Assembly: GCA_000004695.1 (NCBI GenBank)
Contig: CM000150.2
Span: 3,968,001 to 4,032,000 of the forward strand
DNA length: 64,000 bases
Origin: Dictyostelium discoideum
Taxonomy: Eukaryota
Direction: 5' to 3'
The notes below the pieces were generated by a model, which saw only the letters and a program-made list of their open reading frames with translations, was not told where the DNA came from and ran no database searches. A program made the position numbers and the translations under genes. Of the stretch, positions 12,884-24,421 are shown piece by piece; the stretch's first letter is position 1; the number at the start of each line of letters is the position of its first letter.

Positions 12884-13306
12884 TTGTTCAAATAATACAC
12901 CTAAACCAATTGAAGTTAAAGCTTTTGAAATACTCGCAACTCTTAATTTACTTGAAGTTTCCATTGGAATTACATTTTCGACATCAGCAAAACCAAATGC
13001 TTCTTTGTATATTGTTTCACCATTTGATTGAATACAAACACTTATTCCTGGTACACAATTTCCTTCTTTCCATGATAAAATCTCTTTTTTTAATTCTCTA
13101 TTCATATTTTTTTTATTTTTAATTATTATTGGTGATAATGTTGAACTATTAACAATACATTGAGTTGGTGATTTACAACATACACTATTATTTGTTAAAG
13201 TTGTTGTTTTTGTTGTTGTTGTTGGTTTATCTTCACAATTTAAAATTGTTGAAAATCCACTAATACCAACAAATAATAATGATGTTCCTTTTATTAATGA
13301 GTTCAT
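12884..13306 (-). CDS. Serine beta-lactamase-like protein, exon 1 (signal/TM, Thr-rich linker, S-x-x-K active site).
   Basis: MNSLIKGTSLLFVGISGF... then ...LRVASISKALTSIGLG, which holds the SxxK motif. GTAAGT donor at 12883. Confidence 0.8.
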
Positions 13307-13457
13307 CTTAAATACAAAGTGTTTAACAATAATATCAAAAAAAAAAAAATAAAAAAATAAAAATTAAAAAAAATAAAAATGAAAATAAAAAAAAGATTGA
13401 TGGTAAAACCACCAAATAAAAAAATAAAAATTTAATCAAAATAAAAATTGGGAAATC

Positions 13458-13502
<45 letters not shown>

Positions 13503-13528
13503 AACAATTTACAATTTATTAAAATAAA

Positions 13529-15295
13529 TTAAACTCCAAATGAAGTAATATCTAAACCAAAAATATTACATTTATTTATTGGATCAAAGAAAGTACTATT
13601 TTGATGGATTGGTTTATTTCGAATGGTTGATCGTTTAATATGAAAATTTATAAATATACCATTAATATACATAACATAAAGATTAATACTAAATGCTAAT
13701 GGATTATTTTTAACATAATTCTTTACAACTGATAAACCAACTATTAATCCTGGTCCACCTGATGGTGGTGATAAAACTGATTCTAAAAACATATTTGTTT
13801 CTGGTTCATTTAAATTATTATCATTATTTTCATTATTATTATTTTCATTATTATTAATATTATTATTTAATGGTATTTGTTTAACAATACGATATAGTGA
13901 AATTAAACGAGCAGGACCTTGAGATGCAGCAATAACTAAAGATAATTCTGGAACAACTTCAAGGAATGCTATTCTATCAATTTGAGTTTGTATAATTGGA
14001 AAACTTGTTGGTATGGCATTATTCATTGTTAATAATAAATCCATTTCAACATCACTAAGATATAGGTTTTGGTAGGTTGAAAACACCACATTACTTGGTA
14101 ATTTATTTTTATCAAGTGGAACTTTGGAATTGATTCTATTATTTTCTATTCTTTGTTGATTTATTGCATCTTCCAATTTTTTTATTGAATTTATTATAGT
14201 TGTTGTTGTCGTAGTTGTTGTTGCTATGGTACCTTGATTATTTTCATTTTCAGTGCCATCTTCTTGCTCCTCTTGACCTTCTTGACCTTCTTCTTCAATC
14301 TCTTGATTTTGTTGTTGTTGCTGCTGATGTTGGTTTATAGGTGGCAAACCACCATCAAATATTATATCATCTTCATTTGTAAAAACACCATTTTGAATTA
14401 TTAGATCATCGTCATCATCAACACCATCATTAGCTTCATTAAGAAATTCAGTATTTTCTTCATTCTCTTCATTATCATCATTCTCTTGAAATATTTCATC
14501 ATCATTATCAACTTGATTAACTTCTTCTTCTTCTTCCTCCTCCTCTTCTTCAGGCATTGGTTCAACTTCTTGATTATTCTCAACCAATTGTTGTTCTTCA
14601 TGTTGTGTTAAACCTCTCCATGATTTATCAATTATTATACCACCACCACCATTATTATTACTATTACTATTATTATTATTATTATCTCTGCTATTACTAC
14701 TATTATTATAATATTGATATAATTGGTCCTCTTTTGTTGTTAAATCAATCCATCTACAAGCCCAACACCATTGAGCTAAAGTTTGAATTCTTAAGAGTTG
14801 TCTTTTATTTACATCCCAAATTCTAATGTTTTTATCGATCGAAACTGATACTAAATAATTACCACATGGACTGAAATCAATACTTGGTATATTATGTTTA
14901 TGTTTTGGTAGAAGGAATTTGGTTTCTTGTGGATTCTCATCATCTAAATTCCAAATTGTAATCTTGTGACTATTTGAACTCACCGCTATCAATGGTTTAC
15001 TTGGACATATTGCAATACCCCATGTAGATACACCATGATTATATAATCGAATTACCTCTCTCTCAAAATCATTTACAAATATAATCCTAACGAAACCACC
15101 TTCATCCACTGATACTAAAACTTCTTCACCATCTAATATTCCTAATCGAATTTGATTAATTGTCATCTCCATAGTATCCATTGCAAATGTTTTAATTATT
15201 ATATTTGGATTATCAATATTTCTAACATTAATTACATCTGATTCTGCTGTAAATATAAATTTTGAATTATAACTAACTGCCATTAAATTTAATTT
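13529..15295 (-). CDS. WD40-repeat protein, main exon. About 4 WD repeats, then a long acidic/Q-rich disordered insert and a conserved C-terminal domain.
   Basis: WD-repeat dipeptides ...HKITIWNLDD..., ...KNIRIWDVNK... Acidic tract EEEEEEEEEVNQVDNDDE. Confidence 0.75.
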   Translation of the reverse strand, partial: KLNLMAVSYNSKFIFTAESDVINVRNIDNPNIIIKTFAMDTMEMTINQIRLGILDGEEVLVSVDEGGFVRIIFVNDFEREVIRLYNHGVSTWGIAICPSKPLIAVSSNSHKITIWNLDDENPQETKFLLPKHKHNIPSIDFSPCGNYLVSVSIDKNIRIWDVNKRQLLRIQTLAQWCWACRWIDLTTKEDQLYQYYNNSSNSRDNNNNNSNSNNNGGGGIIIDKSWRGLTQHEEQQLVENNQEVEPMPEEEEEEEEEEVNQVDNDDEIFQENDDNEENEENTEFLNEANDGVDDDDDLIIQNGVFTNEDDIIFDGGLPPINQHQQQQQQNQEIEEEGQEGQEEQEDGTENENNQGTIATTTTTTTTIINSIKKLEDAINQQRIENNRINSKVPLDKNKLPSNVVFSTYQNLYLSDVEMDLLLTMNNAIPTSFPIIQTQIDRIAFLEVVPELSLVIAASQGPARLISLYRIVKQIPLNNNINNNENNNNENNDNNLNEPETNMFLESVLSPPSGGPGLIVGLSVVKNYVKNNPLAFSINLYVMYINGIFINFHIKRSTIRNKPIHQNSTFFDPINKCNIFGLDITSFGV

Positions 15296-15302
15296 CTTTT
15301 AT

Positions 15303-15365
<63 letters not shown>

Positions 15366-15420
15366 ATTAATATGTTAAATAAAAAAAAAAAATAAGATTT
15401 ATATATATATATTAACTTAC

Positions 15421-15657
15421 CCATGCTAGTATATGTATTGTATTAATTCTAATACTTTGCAAATCTTCTGATTTTAATGGTACTAATGTTGAAGATACCC
15501 TTTTATGTTGTTTATTTTCATAGGATTTAAAGGAATTTGTATAATATTTCATATGTTTTGATTCTTGTAAACCATCATAATATAATTTAAATTCATCATT
15601 GATTTCTTCTACCTCTTCATTTGATTGGTTATTGTTATTTACATTTGTCTCATTCAT
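15421..15657 (-). CDS. WD40-repeat protein, putative exon 1 (MNETNVNNNNQSNEEVEE...SIRINTIHILAW).
   Basis: Ends at GCATGG|GTAAGT (phase 0). The acceptor ATAAAAG|AAATTAAATTTAATGGCAG at 15296-15297 keeps the frame into the WD exon. Confidence 0.5.
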
Positions 15658-15949
15658 CTCTTTTTTTTTTTAAAAAATTAAATAAAAAAAAAAATGAAAA
15701 AAAAAAAAAAAAGTGAAAAAAGCAACAAATGAAAAAATAAAAAAAAATAAAAAAAAATAAAAATAAAAATAAAATTTTACTAAAATTGGTAATTTCGTTT
15801 AAAACAAGAAAAAAAAATAAAAAAATAAAAAAAATAAAAAAATAAATAATTCTTTACATATATATATATATATTTTTTATTAATATTATTATTATTACAT
15901 TATCGTTTTTCTTTTTTTTTTTTAATTTTTTTTTTTTTTTTTTTTTTTT

Positions 15950-16164
15950 TTATACATTATCTTTTTTAATTGGTTGGTCATGTTTTAAAGAAGAATAATT
16001 TTGAATACTTTCTAATTGAACTTGATCTAAATGACCTCTTTGAATTATTTCGTCAAGGTATAAAATAAATTTTGGAATTTGTTCTATGAAATTTTGTTCT
16101 GTTACACCCTTTTTTTTACAAATATCTTTTAATGATTCAATAATTGGAAAAAAAACATCTGATA
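15950..16164 (-). CDS. copZ: Coatomer zeta subunit (zeta-COP; AP-sigma/zeta longin-fold family), exon 3.
   Basis: Hand-spliced; absent from the ORF track. ...SDVFFPIIESLKDICKKKGVTEQNFIEQIPKFILYLDEIIQRGHLDQVQLESIQNYSSLKHDQPIKKDNV* aligns with the zeta-COP C-terminus (..[35 protein letters not shown]). Confidence 0.7.
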
Positions 16165-16280
16165 CTAGTGTGGGGTTGTTTTTTTTTTTTTATTTTTTTT
16201 TAAAAAGAAAAAAAAAATTTATTTATTTAATAAATATAGATATTTTCATTTTATTTTTAATTTTATTTGAAAAACTTACA

Positions 16281-16359
16281 AGCTAATTCATCCATTTCTT
16301 CAGATCCACATAAAAATAACATTAAATCTCCTACATTAGTAAAAACTGTAATATATCCA
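16281..16359 (-). CDS. copZ: Coatomer zeta subunit, exon 2 (GYITVFTNVGDLMLFLCGSEEMDELA).
   Basis: Flanked by AG (16360-16361) and GTAAGT. Phase 2 in, phase 1 out, consistent with exons 1 and 3. Similar to zeta-COP NELMLMAVLNCLFDSL. Confidence 0.65.
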
Positions 16360-16455
16360 CTTTAGTGATTATTATTATTATTATTATAACAATTGATATA
16401 AACAATTAGTTTAAAATTAAAAATAGAATATTTTAAATTAAAATATTAAACATAC

Positions 16456-16625
16456 CTGAATTCAGTAACTAAATGTTTTTCATTTTTTGAATTTACCCAC
16501 TCATCCTTGGTGAATTGATATAATAACTTTTCATATTCACTCTGTTTCTCGTCATTTATATTACTATAATATTTTGAAAAAACTATATTACCATTGTTAT
16601 TGGTAATTAACAAACTATTGATCAT
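16456..16625 (-). CDS. copZ: Coatomer zeta subunit, exon 1 (MINSLLITNNNGNIVFSKYYSNINDEKQSEYEKLLYQFTKDEWVNSKNEKHLVTEF).
   Basis: ATG at 16625, GTATGT donor at 16455. Matches the zeta-COP N-terminus [18 protein letters not shown]...[14 protein letters not shown]. Confidence 0.7.
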
Positions 16626-16859
16626 ATTTGAGGGTTCAATAATTAAAAAAAAAAAAAAAATAAAAAAAAAAAATAAAAAAATTGAAAATAAAAAAAAAAA
16701 TAAAATTAAAAAAAAAAAAAAAAAAAATTATATTTAATTTTAAAAATAAAAATCCCACATTTTTTTTTTTTTTTTCTATTCTTTTCCATTCCAAAAAAAA
16801 AAAAAAAACATATACTAAACTATCTCTTTTTTTTTTCAAACCTATTTTATTTTACAATA

Positions 16860-16861
16860 TT

Positions 16862-16935
<74 letters not shown>
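16860..16935. repeat. (ATA)n/(AAT)n microsatellite, ~25 units, intergenic.
   Basis: Direct reading. Confidence 0.9.
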
Positions 16936-16938
<3 letters not shown>

Positions 16939-17000
16939 TTATTTCATAAACAGTCAATAAAAAATTAAATAAAAAAGAAAAAAAAAGAAAAAACTCAATA

Positions 17001-17343
17001 ATGAGTGAAGAATTAAAAATGAAAGAATATGATTATTCATTAAATGATAGTGAAGATGAAGACGATAGCGATAGTGATAGTGATAGTGGTAGTTATGATA
17101 ACGATGGTCAATTCGATTTAGATCAATTTGACCCAACTAAATCATTCGAATTATCATTAGTAAAGAGTAAAACTACATCACCAAAAAAGAATAAAAAATC
17201 AAAAACTTCCGATGAAGCATTCAGAGTTAAAATTAACCCATACTCTGCAAATTTAAAAAATATCATTGGACAATTGGAAAGTGATTCTACAACCCTATCG
17301 GATTTACATAAAAAGTTCTCTGAACAATTATATCGTTTAAAGG
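17001..17343 (+). CDS. Hypothetical small acidic protein, exon 1. MSEELKMKEYDYSLNDSEDEDDSDSDSDSGSYDNDG..., a casein-kinase-type acidic Ser cluster.
   Basis: ORF-track ORF. GTAAAC donor after ...LYRLK (phase 0). Confidence 0.6.
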
Positions 17344-17426
17344 TAAACATTTATTTATTTAATTTATAGTCTATTTAAATTTTATTTACTAATTATCTTT
17401 TTTTTTGTTATTATAATAATAACTAG

Positions 17427-17504
17427 GTTGAAGAAGCACTTTTAGAAAAACTACAACAAGATTTAAATAATAAAAACAATGGCAATGATGGAAATACAAA
17501 CTAA
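17427..17504 (+). CDS. Hypothetical small acidic protein, exon 2 (VEEALLEKLQQDLNNKNNGNDGNTN*).
   Basis: AG acceptor at 17425-17426 keeps the frame; stop at 17502-17504. Confidence 0.5.
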   Translation, partial: VEEALLEKLQQDLNNKNNGNDGNTN

Positions 17505-18056
17505 TGTAAATAGTATTTTTTCGAGTATTCGATTGAGTTGGAAAGATAATAATAGAATTTAAAAGCACCAGTTTAAAATGCTCAATTCAATTATTTATAA
17601 ATATTTTGAAAGATAACAAAAAAAATCAATCAATCTCTTTATTATTTTCAAAAAGAATTATTTCAATAGTAAAGTAAAATTAAGAATTTAAAATCAATTG
17701 GAATAAAGTAATAAACTAATAGTGTTTATTAATATCACACAAATACAAATACAAATACAAATAAATAATTATTAAATTAATAAAATATTTTATTTTATTT
17801 CTTTATAAATTTATTTCATTATTTATTTTTTTTTATTTGTATACCTCTTTTGAATTTTTTAATTAATGACATAGTTTTTAATTAAATCAATAAAAATGGG
17901 TATTTTTTTTTTTTTTTCCTATTAATGGATCCCGTTAAACCTGCCAATTATAGTTAAAAAATTTCATTTTATATAATAATTTTAATAAATAAAAATATAA
18001 TTATTATTTCCAAATTTAAATTATTTTAATTTTTTTTTTTTTTTTTTTCAAATTAA

Positions 18057-18087
<31 letters not shown>

Positions 18088-18133
18088 AAAATATTTTTTC
18101 ATTTTAAACAAAAAAAAAAGTACAAATAAAACA

Positions 18134-18440
18134 ATGAGTAATGAAAATGAAAAATCAATAGTTGAATATTTTTATATTGGAGAAAGAGTTAAAGGTGATG
18201 ATGGTAGTGTTGGTACAATAAGATATCAAGGTAAAGTTGATGGATTCGAAGGTAATTGGTATGGTATAGAATGGGATGACCCAAAGAGAGGTAAACATCA
18301 AGGTACAGTTAAAGGTAAACAATATTTTAAATGTATTAATAAAGGTAGTGGTTCTTTCATGAAATATGAAAAACTAATAAAAGGTGAAACATTCATGAAA
18401 TCAATATCTGATAAATTTCATCAAAAGATTGATAACTATG
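18134..18440 (+). CDS. tbcE: Tubulin-folding cofactor E, exon 1 (CAP-Gly domain).
   Basis: GIEWDDPKRGKHQGTVKGKQYFKCINKGSGSFMKYEKL matches the TBCE CAP-Gly sequence [30 protein letters not shown] donor. Confidence 0.85.
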
Positions 18441-18488
18441 GTATGTATATTATAATGAAATAATTATATATTATTATTATTATTATTA

Positions 18489-18520
<32 letters not shown>

Positions 18521-18586
18521 TATTAACACTCCCTATCCATTATATTTAATAAATATTGATCACATTATGACTATAGATGATTTATA

Positions 18587-18750
18587 TGTTGACTCTACAA
18601 AAGAAGATATTAAAATTCAAATTCAAATGATTGGTATGAATCAAACTAGAGAAAATCAAAAGAAATTCATTGCGCAAACCTTATTATCAGCAAGTTATTT
18701 ACCAATATCTGAAATTGATGAATCTCCATTAATATATAATAATTTTAAAA
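18587..18750 (+). CDS. tbcE: Tubulin-folding cofactor E, exon 2 (linker between CAP-Gly and LRR).
   Basis: Acceptor GACTATAG|AT (phase 1) and donor AAAA|GTAAGT (phase 1). DDLYVDSTKEDIKIQIQMIGMNQTRENQKKFIAQTLL... Confidence 0.7.
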
Positions 18751-18879
18751 GTAAGTGTTTGTTTATAAACAATATTACTAAATATTAATATTATGGTGGT
18801 GGTAGAGGTGGACGTACCCTCTCGTGTCCTCACAATTGTGTGAAATGCGCTAATAATACTTAATATTTAATTTTTTTAG

Positions 18880-19976
18880 ATTTAATTGAATTAAATTTAT
18901 CAAATTGTTTATTAAATAGTTGGACTCAAATTGTAAAATTATTGAAACAATTACCAAATTTAAATAGATTACATCTTTGTAATAATAGATTATCTTTTAA
19001 TATCGATGAATTTAAAAAAGAGGTAAATAGCAATAATGAATATGGTAATAGTATTGATGATTGTAATGTTAAAGATTTAATTTTAGTCAATTCAAATTTA
19101 TCAAATTGGTCAATCGTATCATCAATTTGTAAATATTTATTTAAAAATATTGAATCAATTTGTTTATCCTCAAATTCAATTGAAAATATAAATTTATTTA
19201 AATCAATACTTAATAATGATAATGAAAATGAAAATGAAAATGAAAATGAAATAGTAGAACAACAACAACAACAACAACCTCAATATTTATTCCCAACTTT
19301 AAAATCATTAGATTTAGCAAATAATAATATTAAAAGTTTTAATGATATTTTATCATCATTAGGTAATTTACCTCAATTAACTGAATTAAATTTAAATAAT
19401 AACCAAATCACCGATATCGAATTCAATGGTGATGTCGATGATGGTAATAAAAGTAATAATGGGAAAACTAACCAATTTAAAAATTTAAAAAGAATATATC
19501 TATCAAATAATAAAATCAATGATTGGAAATATCTTGACAAACTTGATGAATTACAATCTTTAGATGAATTATCATTTAGAAATAATCCAATCGTTGATTC
19601 TTTATTAATATCCAATAGCAATAATAGCAATACAAATGAAAATGAAATTGAAAATGATATTGAAAATAATAATAATAATATAAAAAAAGATAATAATAAT
19701 AATAATAAGAATAATAAGAATAATAAGAATAATAAAACTATTTTTTTAAATAGATTAAATATTATACCAAGATTATCAAATTTAAAGAAATTAAATTTAT
19801 CAGATATTACTTTACTTGAAAGAAAGGATGCAGAATTATATTTTCTTTATGAAAATTATAATTCAATTGATAAATTTAAAAACAATAAAAAATTGAATTA
19901 TTTAATTTCAATTCATGGTGAACCAGTTTATACGAAAATGTCATTACAATTGGAAAAGGAAGAAAATGGAAAGTAA
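18880..19976 (+). CDS. tbcE: Tubulin-folding cofactor E, exon 3 (leucine-rich repeats to C-terminus).
   Basis: LIELNLSNCLLNSWTQIVKLLKQLPNLNRLHLCNNRL... parallels human TBCE ...[34 protein letters not shown]. Multiple LxxLxLxxNxI repeats. Confidence 0.75.
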
Positions 19977-20411
19977 ATTAAAATAAAAAAACTATTTTTA
20001 GAAAAAAAAAAATAAAATAATTAAAAATGGAAAAATAAAATTAAAATAAAAAAAATTAAAATTGAGAAAAAACCCACTCAAAAATTTTATTTTTTTTTTA
20101 TTTTTTTATTTTTTTTTTTTTTTGCCTGTCTTACCCTTTTGTTTTTTTTAATTTTTTTATTTAAATAATCTGTTGTTTTTTTTTTTTTTTTTTTAAAAAT
20201 ATATTATTAATATTTATATATTATATATAAATTTATTTAACATTACATTTATTATCATTATTCAGTAAAAAAAATAAAATAAAAAAATAAAATAAAAAAA
20301 AAAAATAAAATAAAATAAAATAAAACTCAACAATAAATATTTCTGTATTTATAACAATATATATAAACCATTGTTTTTTTTAGAAGAAAACAATAACTAA
20401 ATAATAATAAA

Positions 20412-20496
20412 ATGATGGAGAATCTATTTGGTGATGAAGTTGAAGTACCTTTATTAGTTCAATTATGTACTCAAAGAATTAAAGATTCATTAGAGA
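20412..20496 (+). CDS. Elongin-A (RNA Pol II elongation factor SIII subunit A) C-terminal-domain homolog, exon 1.
   Basis: MMENLFGDEVEVPLLVQLCTQRIKDSLE; GTAAGA donor, phase 1. Confidence 0.6.
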
Positions 20497-20585
20497 GTAA
20501 GAAAAAAAAAAATTATCACCTGAATGCAAATACTAATACTCGTTTTTTTTTTTTTTTTTTTTTCTTTTTTTTTTATATATTATAG

Positions 20586-20680
20586 CTTGCAAAGATTTAG
20601 GTAAAATACCAGATGAACTCCTTATACCAATCCTTGATAAATGTACTGCTCAACAATTAGCAACTGTTGAAAGTAGAATT
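20586..20680 (+). CDS. Elongin-A homolog, exon 2 (F-box-like/BC-box region).
   Basis: TCKDLGKIPDELLIPILDKCTAQQLATVESRI resembles Elongin A [25 protein letters not shown]. Confidence 0.65.
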
Positions 20681-20815
20681 GTAAGTGTTATTAAAAAAAA
20701 AAAAAAAAAAATTAAACAAAAAAAAAAAAATTAAACAAATAAAAAACAATAACATTAACACTATTTTATTTTATTTTATTTTATTTTTATTTTTATTTTA
20801 TTTATTAATTTATAG

Positions 20816-21286
20816 GGTAGATATGTTGATACAGAGGAATTGTGGAAAAGACACTGTCATATAATATCACCAGAGAAAAGACATACATTAAAGGATGACG
20901 AAAGTTGGAGAGATTTATTTACAATTTTAGAGAGAGAATATCAAAATAAAACCAAGAAAACTGGTGAAGCATTAAGAAAGATTTATAATAATGCTGCAAA
21001 TAATAAGAAATCAAAACAAATTAAAGTTTTAAACGATGTTGTGACTCCAACCGCTTCAAAGAGATGGAGTGGCACAGTTAGTAAAACTCCATCCTATAAA
21101 CAAAGCGGTAGTTCTTCACCTGGCAAATATAGTAATGGTAGTCCAATAAGTAGAAGTGAATCAAGCAGCAGTGGTAGCGGTGGTGGTGGTAGTGGTAGTT
21201 ATGGTAATGTTTTTAAACCCTCTGCTTCAAATCAACCAAAATTAATGGCAAAAGTTTTAAAAGAACATAATAGGAAATTTAAATAA
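20816..21286 (+). CDS. Elongin-A homolog, exon 3.
   Basis: GRYVDTEELWKRHCH...ESWRDLF...KLMAKVLKEHNRKFK* parallels Elongin A QLWKVHCH..ESWREMY..PMMAKTIKAFKNRFSRR. Confidence 0.7.
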   Translation, partial: GRYVDTEELWKRHCHIISPEKRHTLKDDESWRDLFTILEREYQNKTKKTGEALRKIYNNAANNKKSKQIKVLNDVVTPTASKRWSGTVSKTPSYKQSGSSSPGKYSNGSPISRSESSSSGSGGGGSGSYGNVFKPSASNQPKLMAKVLKEHNRKFK

Positions 21287-21907
21287 TTTTAAATACAAAA
21301 AAATAATACAAAAAAATAATACAAAAAAAATACAAAAAAAATACAAAAAAAAAAAAAAAAGAGAGATAGAAATATTTAAATCCATATTTATTATTATTTA
21401 TTATTATTTTTATTTTCATTTTTTTTAATTTTTTTTTTTTTTTGCTAAAACCATAAACACACACTCTCAATACACATTGTAAATAATTAAAAATAAAATA
21501 AAATAAAAAATCTTTTTTATCATCCAAGAAATCAAACCATTTATTTATTTTTATAAAAAATAAAGAATAATATTTTAAAAAAATTATGATGAAGTTCACA
21601 AAAAATTAAAATAAAAAATAATCAATCAAAAAAAAAAAATAAAAAAAAATAAAAAAAAATTAAAAACCATAACAAAAACCAAAATAGAAAAAAAGTTTGT
21701 TTTTTTTTTTTTAAAAATACACAATTTTTATTCTTTATTTTGTGTTTAAGAATTGAGATGAAATAGTAGGGGATACATACACATATTTTGTGATGCTGTT
21801 TGTATTTTTTTTTTTTTTTTTTTTTGTTTTTTTTTTTTGTTTGTTTTTTTTTTTGTTTTTTTTTTTTTTTTTTTATATCAAAAAAAAAAAAAGAGATACT
21901 TGACTGT

Positions 21908-22396
21908 TTAGTTTCCACCTTTATCTTCACACCATTCATTTTCTTTTCTGATTTGTTCTTCTTCTTCTGGAGTAAAGTCGTTCTTGATGTTGAAGATTTT
22001 TCTGATTTCTTCTGGGGTTTTACCTCTGATCATATTGGCAACAGTTTTACAGGTAACATCTAATAATGGTTTGATATCCAAATAATTGGCTGCCAAGATT
22101 AATTCGAATAAGGTTGGTTGATCGACTTTACAGAAATCTCTATCATATGGTGGGATATCATCTAATCTCTTTTCATCCTTTTTATCGTCACCTTGTGGTG
22201 ATGGATGTTGATGGTGATGTCTGCAATAGTCAAGAACTTTCTCTAAAATAGTGCTAGTAACATTTGGTAATGGAATTGGACTATCTGATTCACCAATATC
22301 TTCAATCATATTCTTGATTGTAACTGACATACAAGCGATTTCTTTTTCAATTTCAAAGACTTTTTCATCTGAAGATTCTAATTTAACTAAAGACAT
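21908..22396 (-). CDS. Skp1 (SCF ubiquitin-ligase subunit; glycoprotein FP21), single exon, 162 aa. This is the Ser39 isoform. Dictyostelium has two near-identical Skp1 genes (fpaA/fpaB); which one this is cannot be decided from sequence.
   Basis: [162 protein letters not shown] matches Dictyostelium Skp1 as I recall it. Confidence 0.95.
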   Translation of the reverse strand: MSLVKLESSDEKVFEIEKEIACMSVTIKNMIEDIGESDSPIPLPNVTSTILEKVLDYCRHHHQHPSPQGDDKKDEKRLDDIPPYDRDFCKVDQPTLFELILAANYLDIKPLLDVTCKTVANMIRGKTPEEIRKIFNIKNDFTPEEEEQIRKENEWCEDKGGN

Positions 22397-22787
22397 TTTT
22401 TCTATATTTTTTTTTTACCTTTTTCTTTTCTTTCTAAATTTAAATTGTTATTACTGATAAAAAAAACAAAACAAAACAAAACAAAAAAAAGATATTATTT
22501 ATTTATTTGAGTGTGGGTGTGTGGTTGTAAAAATAAAAAAAAGAAAAATAAAAAAAAAAAATTTTTAAAATTGAAAAAAATTTAAGAAAAAAAATTTTAA
22601 AAAAAAAAAAAAAAATTATTAAAAAAAAAAAAAAAAATAGAAAAAAAAAAAATAGAAAAAAAAAAAAAAATAAAAAAAACTTTATTTATTTATCAAGATC
22701 TCTATCTTTTAAAAGCCAAGAAAAAAAAAAAAGTTTTCAACTAGAAACTTGTATTCCAAAAAAAAAAATAAAAATTAAAAAATAAAA

Positions 22788-22824
<37 letters not shown>

Positions 22825-22837
22825 CTAAAAGCAAACT

Positions 22838-23296
22838 ATGGGCGACACATATTCTTTAGTTTTGGTCGCAGGTTACCTATCAATTTTTTTATTCATTGGA
22901 GCAATAGGTTATTTTTATTTAAGTAAACCAAGAATACCCTCTTCAAATGTAAATGAACAACAACAACAACAACAACAGCAACAACAACAACAACAACAAC
23001 CTCAGATTAATATAGAAGATGAACCTCAACAACGTGGGGGTATTGGTCGTATGAATTTAAGAAATAGAAGACAACCAATTATTAATCAAAGAGATGAAGA
23101 TACAGAATCTAGTGGAAGTGATAGTGATAATAGTACCAATAGCGATAATTATGACGATGACAATGGTCAAGAGGGTGAGGGTGAGGATATTGGTGTAGTT
23201 GCACCAGGTATTGTATCAAATCGTTCAGGTAAGAAAATTGGTAAAAAGAAATTAGAGAAATTAAAATTAAAAGATGAAAAAAGAAAAGCAAGAGAG
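22838..23296 (+). CDS. DDRGK domain-containing protein 1 (UFM1-system ER adaptor, UFBP1) homolog, exon 1 (TM anchor, poly-Q, acidic region).
   Basis: N-terminal hydrophobic segment LVLVAGYLSIFLFIGAIGYFYL, then low complexity. GAG|GTAAGA donor, phase 0. Confidence 0.7.
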
Positions 23297-23431
23297 GTAA
23301 GAATTTATTATTTTTTATTTTTTATTTTTTTTTTAATTTCGCCAATGAATTTAGACCATTTTTTAATTTAAAATACTTATTATAATTCATTTTTATTATT
23401 AAAATAATAATATAATATACTAAATTAATAG

Positions 23432-23746
23432 TATCAAGAATATTTAAGAGAAGAAAAAAAGAAAACAGATTTAGAAAAAGAAGAAGCATTAAAAGAAAAA
23501 AGATTAGAAGAAAAAGAGAATGAAAAATTAAGAAAGGAAGAAGAGGAAAGAATTCGAATAGAAAAAGAGAGAAAAGAAGATGAAGAATATAATTTATTAA
23601 AAAGTCAAATTTCATTACAAGAATCTGGAATCACTAAAAATGAAGATTATGATAAATCATTATTACAATTATTTATCAAATATTTAAAAGAACATAAAAT
23701 TTGTTTATTAGAAGATATTGCTATTGAATTTAATATAAAAACTAAT
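23432..23746 (+). CDS. DDRGK1 homolog, exon 2 (charged coiled-coil, PCI/winged-helix start).
   Basis: YQEYLREEKKKTDLEKEEALKEKRLEEKENEKLRKEEEERIRIEKERKEDEEYNLL...; AAT|GTAAAT donor, phase 0. Confidence 0.7.
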
Positions 23747-23837
23747 GTAAATAATTTAAATTATTATAATAATAATTTCCAAAAAAAAATAAAATAAAAT
23801 TAACTTTTTTATTTATTTATTTTTTATTTTATTTTAG

Positions 23838-24071
23838 GAAGTAATTGACCGTATTAAGACATTGGATAAACAAGGTTTAATTTCGGGTGTAATTGATGAT
23901 AGAGGAAAATTTATTTATATCACTAAAGAGGAAATGGAAGCTGTTGCAAAATTTGTAAACAAAAAGGGAAGAGTCAACATTGAACAAATTGCATTGGAAA
24001 GTAATAGATTAATTGATTTTTCAAAAAAGGTTGTTGACAATAATGATCAAGATCCAGTGGACACAAACTAA
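23838..24071 (+). CDS. DDRGK1 homolog, exon 3, containing the eponymous DDRGK motif.
   Basis: ...[44 protein letters not shown]... matches human DDRGK1 [43 protein letters not shown]. Confidence 0.85.
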   Translation, partial: EVIDRIKTLDKQGLISGVIDDRGKFIYITKEEMEAVAKFVNKKGRVNIEQIALESNRLIDFSKKVVDNNDQDPVDTN

Positions 24072-24421
24072 CCAACCAACTAACCAGCCATCAACCAATC
24101 AACTAACCAACACCTTCAAAACTAATCAAAAAAAAAAAAACAATTTTTATTTTTATTTTTATTATTTTATTTATTTTTAATTTTTTTGAATTTTAATTAA
24201 AATTAATTTTTTAATTTAGGAACAAAATGGGAAATAAATTTTCAGTTTTTTCCACTTTTTTTTTATTTTTTTTATTTTTTTTTTATTTTTTTTTTATTTT
24301 TTTTTTTAAAACTTTTTTTTTATTTTTATTTTTTATTTTTTTTTTGTATAACTTCCAAACATAAACTTATTTATTTATTTATTTATTCATTTATTTATTT
24401 TCATTTTACATTTAATAAAAA

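Noticed and set aside
19977-20030. Possible extra 3' exon of TBCE after a GTAAAT following the last Lys codon (to add a ubiquitin-like domain)
   Set aside because: The downstream sequence is pure A/T-run with no open frame. The gene most likely ends at the TAA at 19974-19976.
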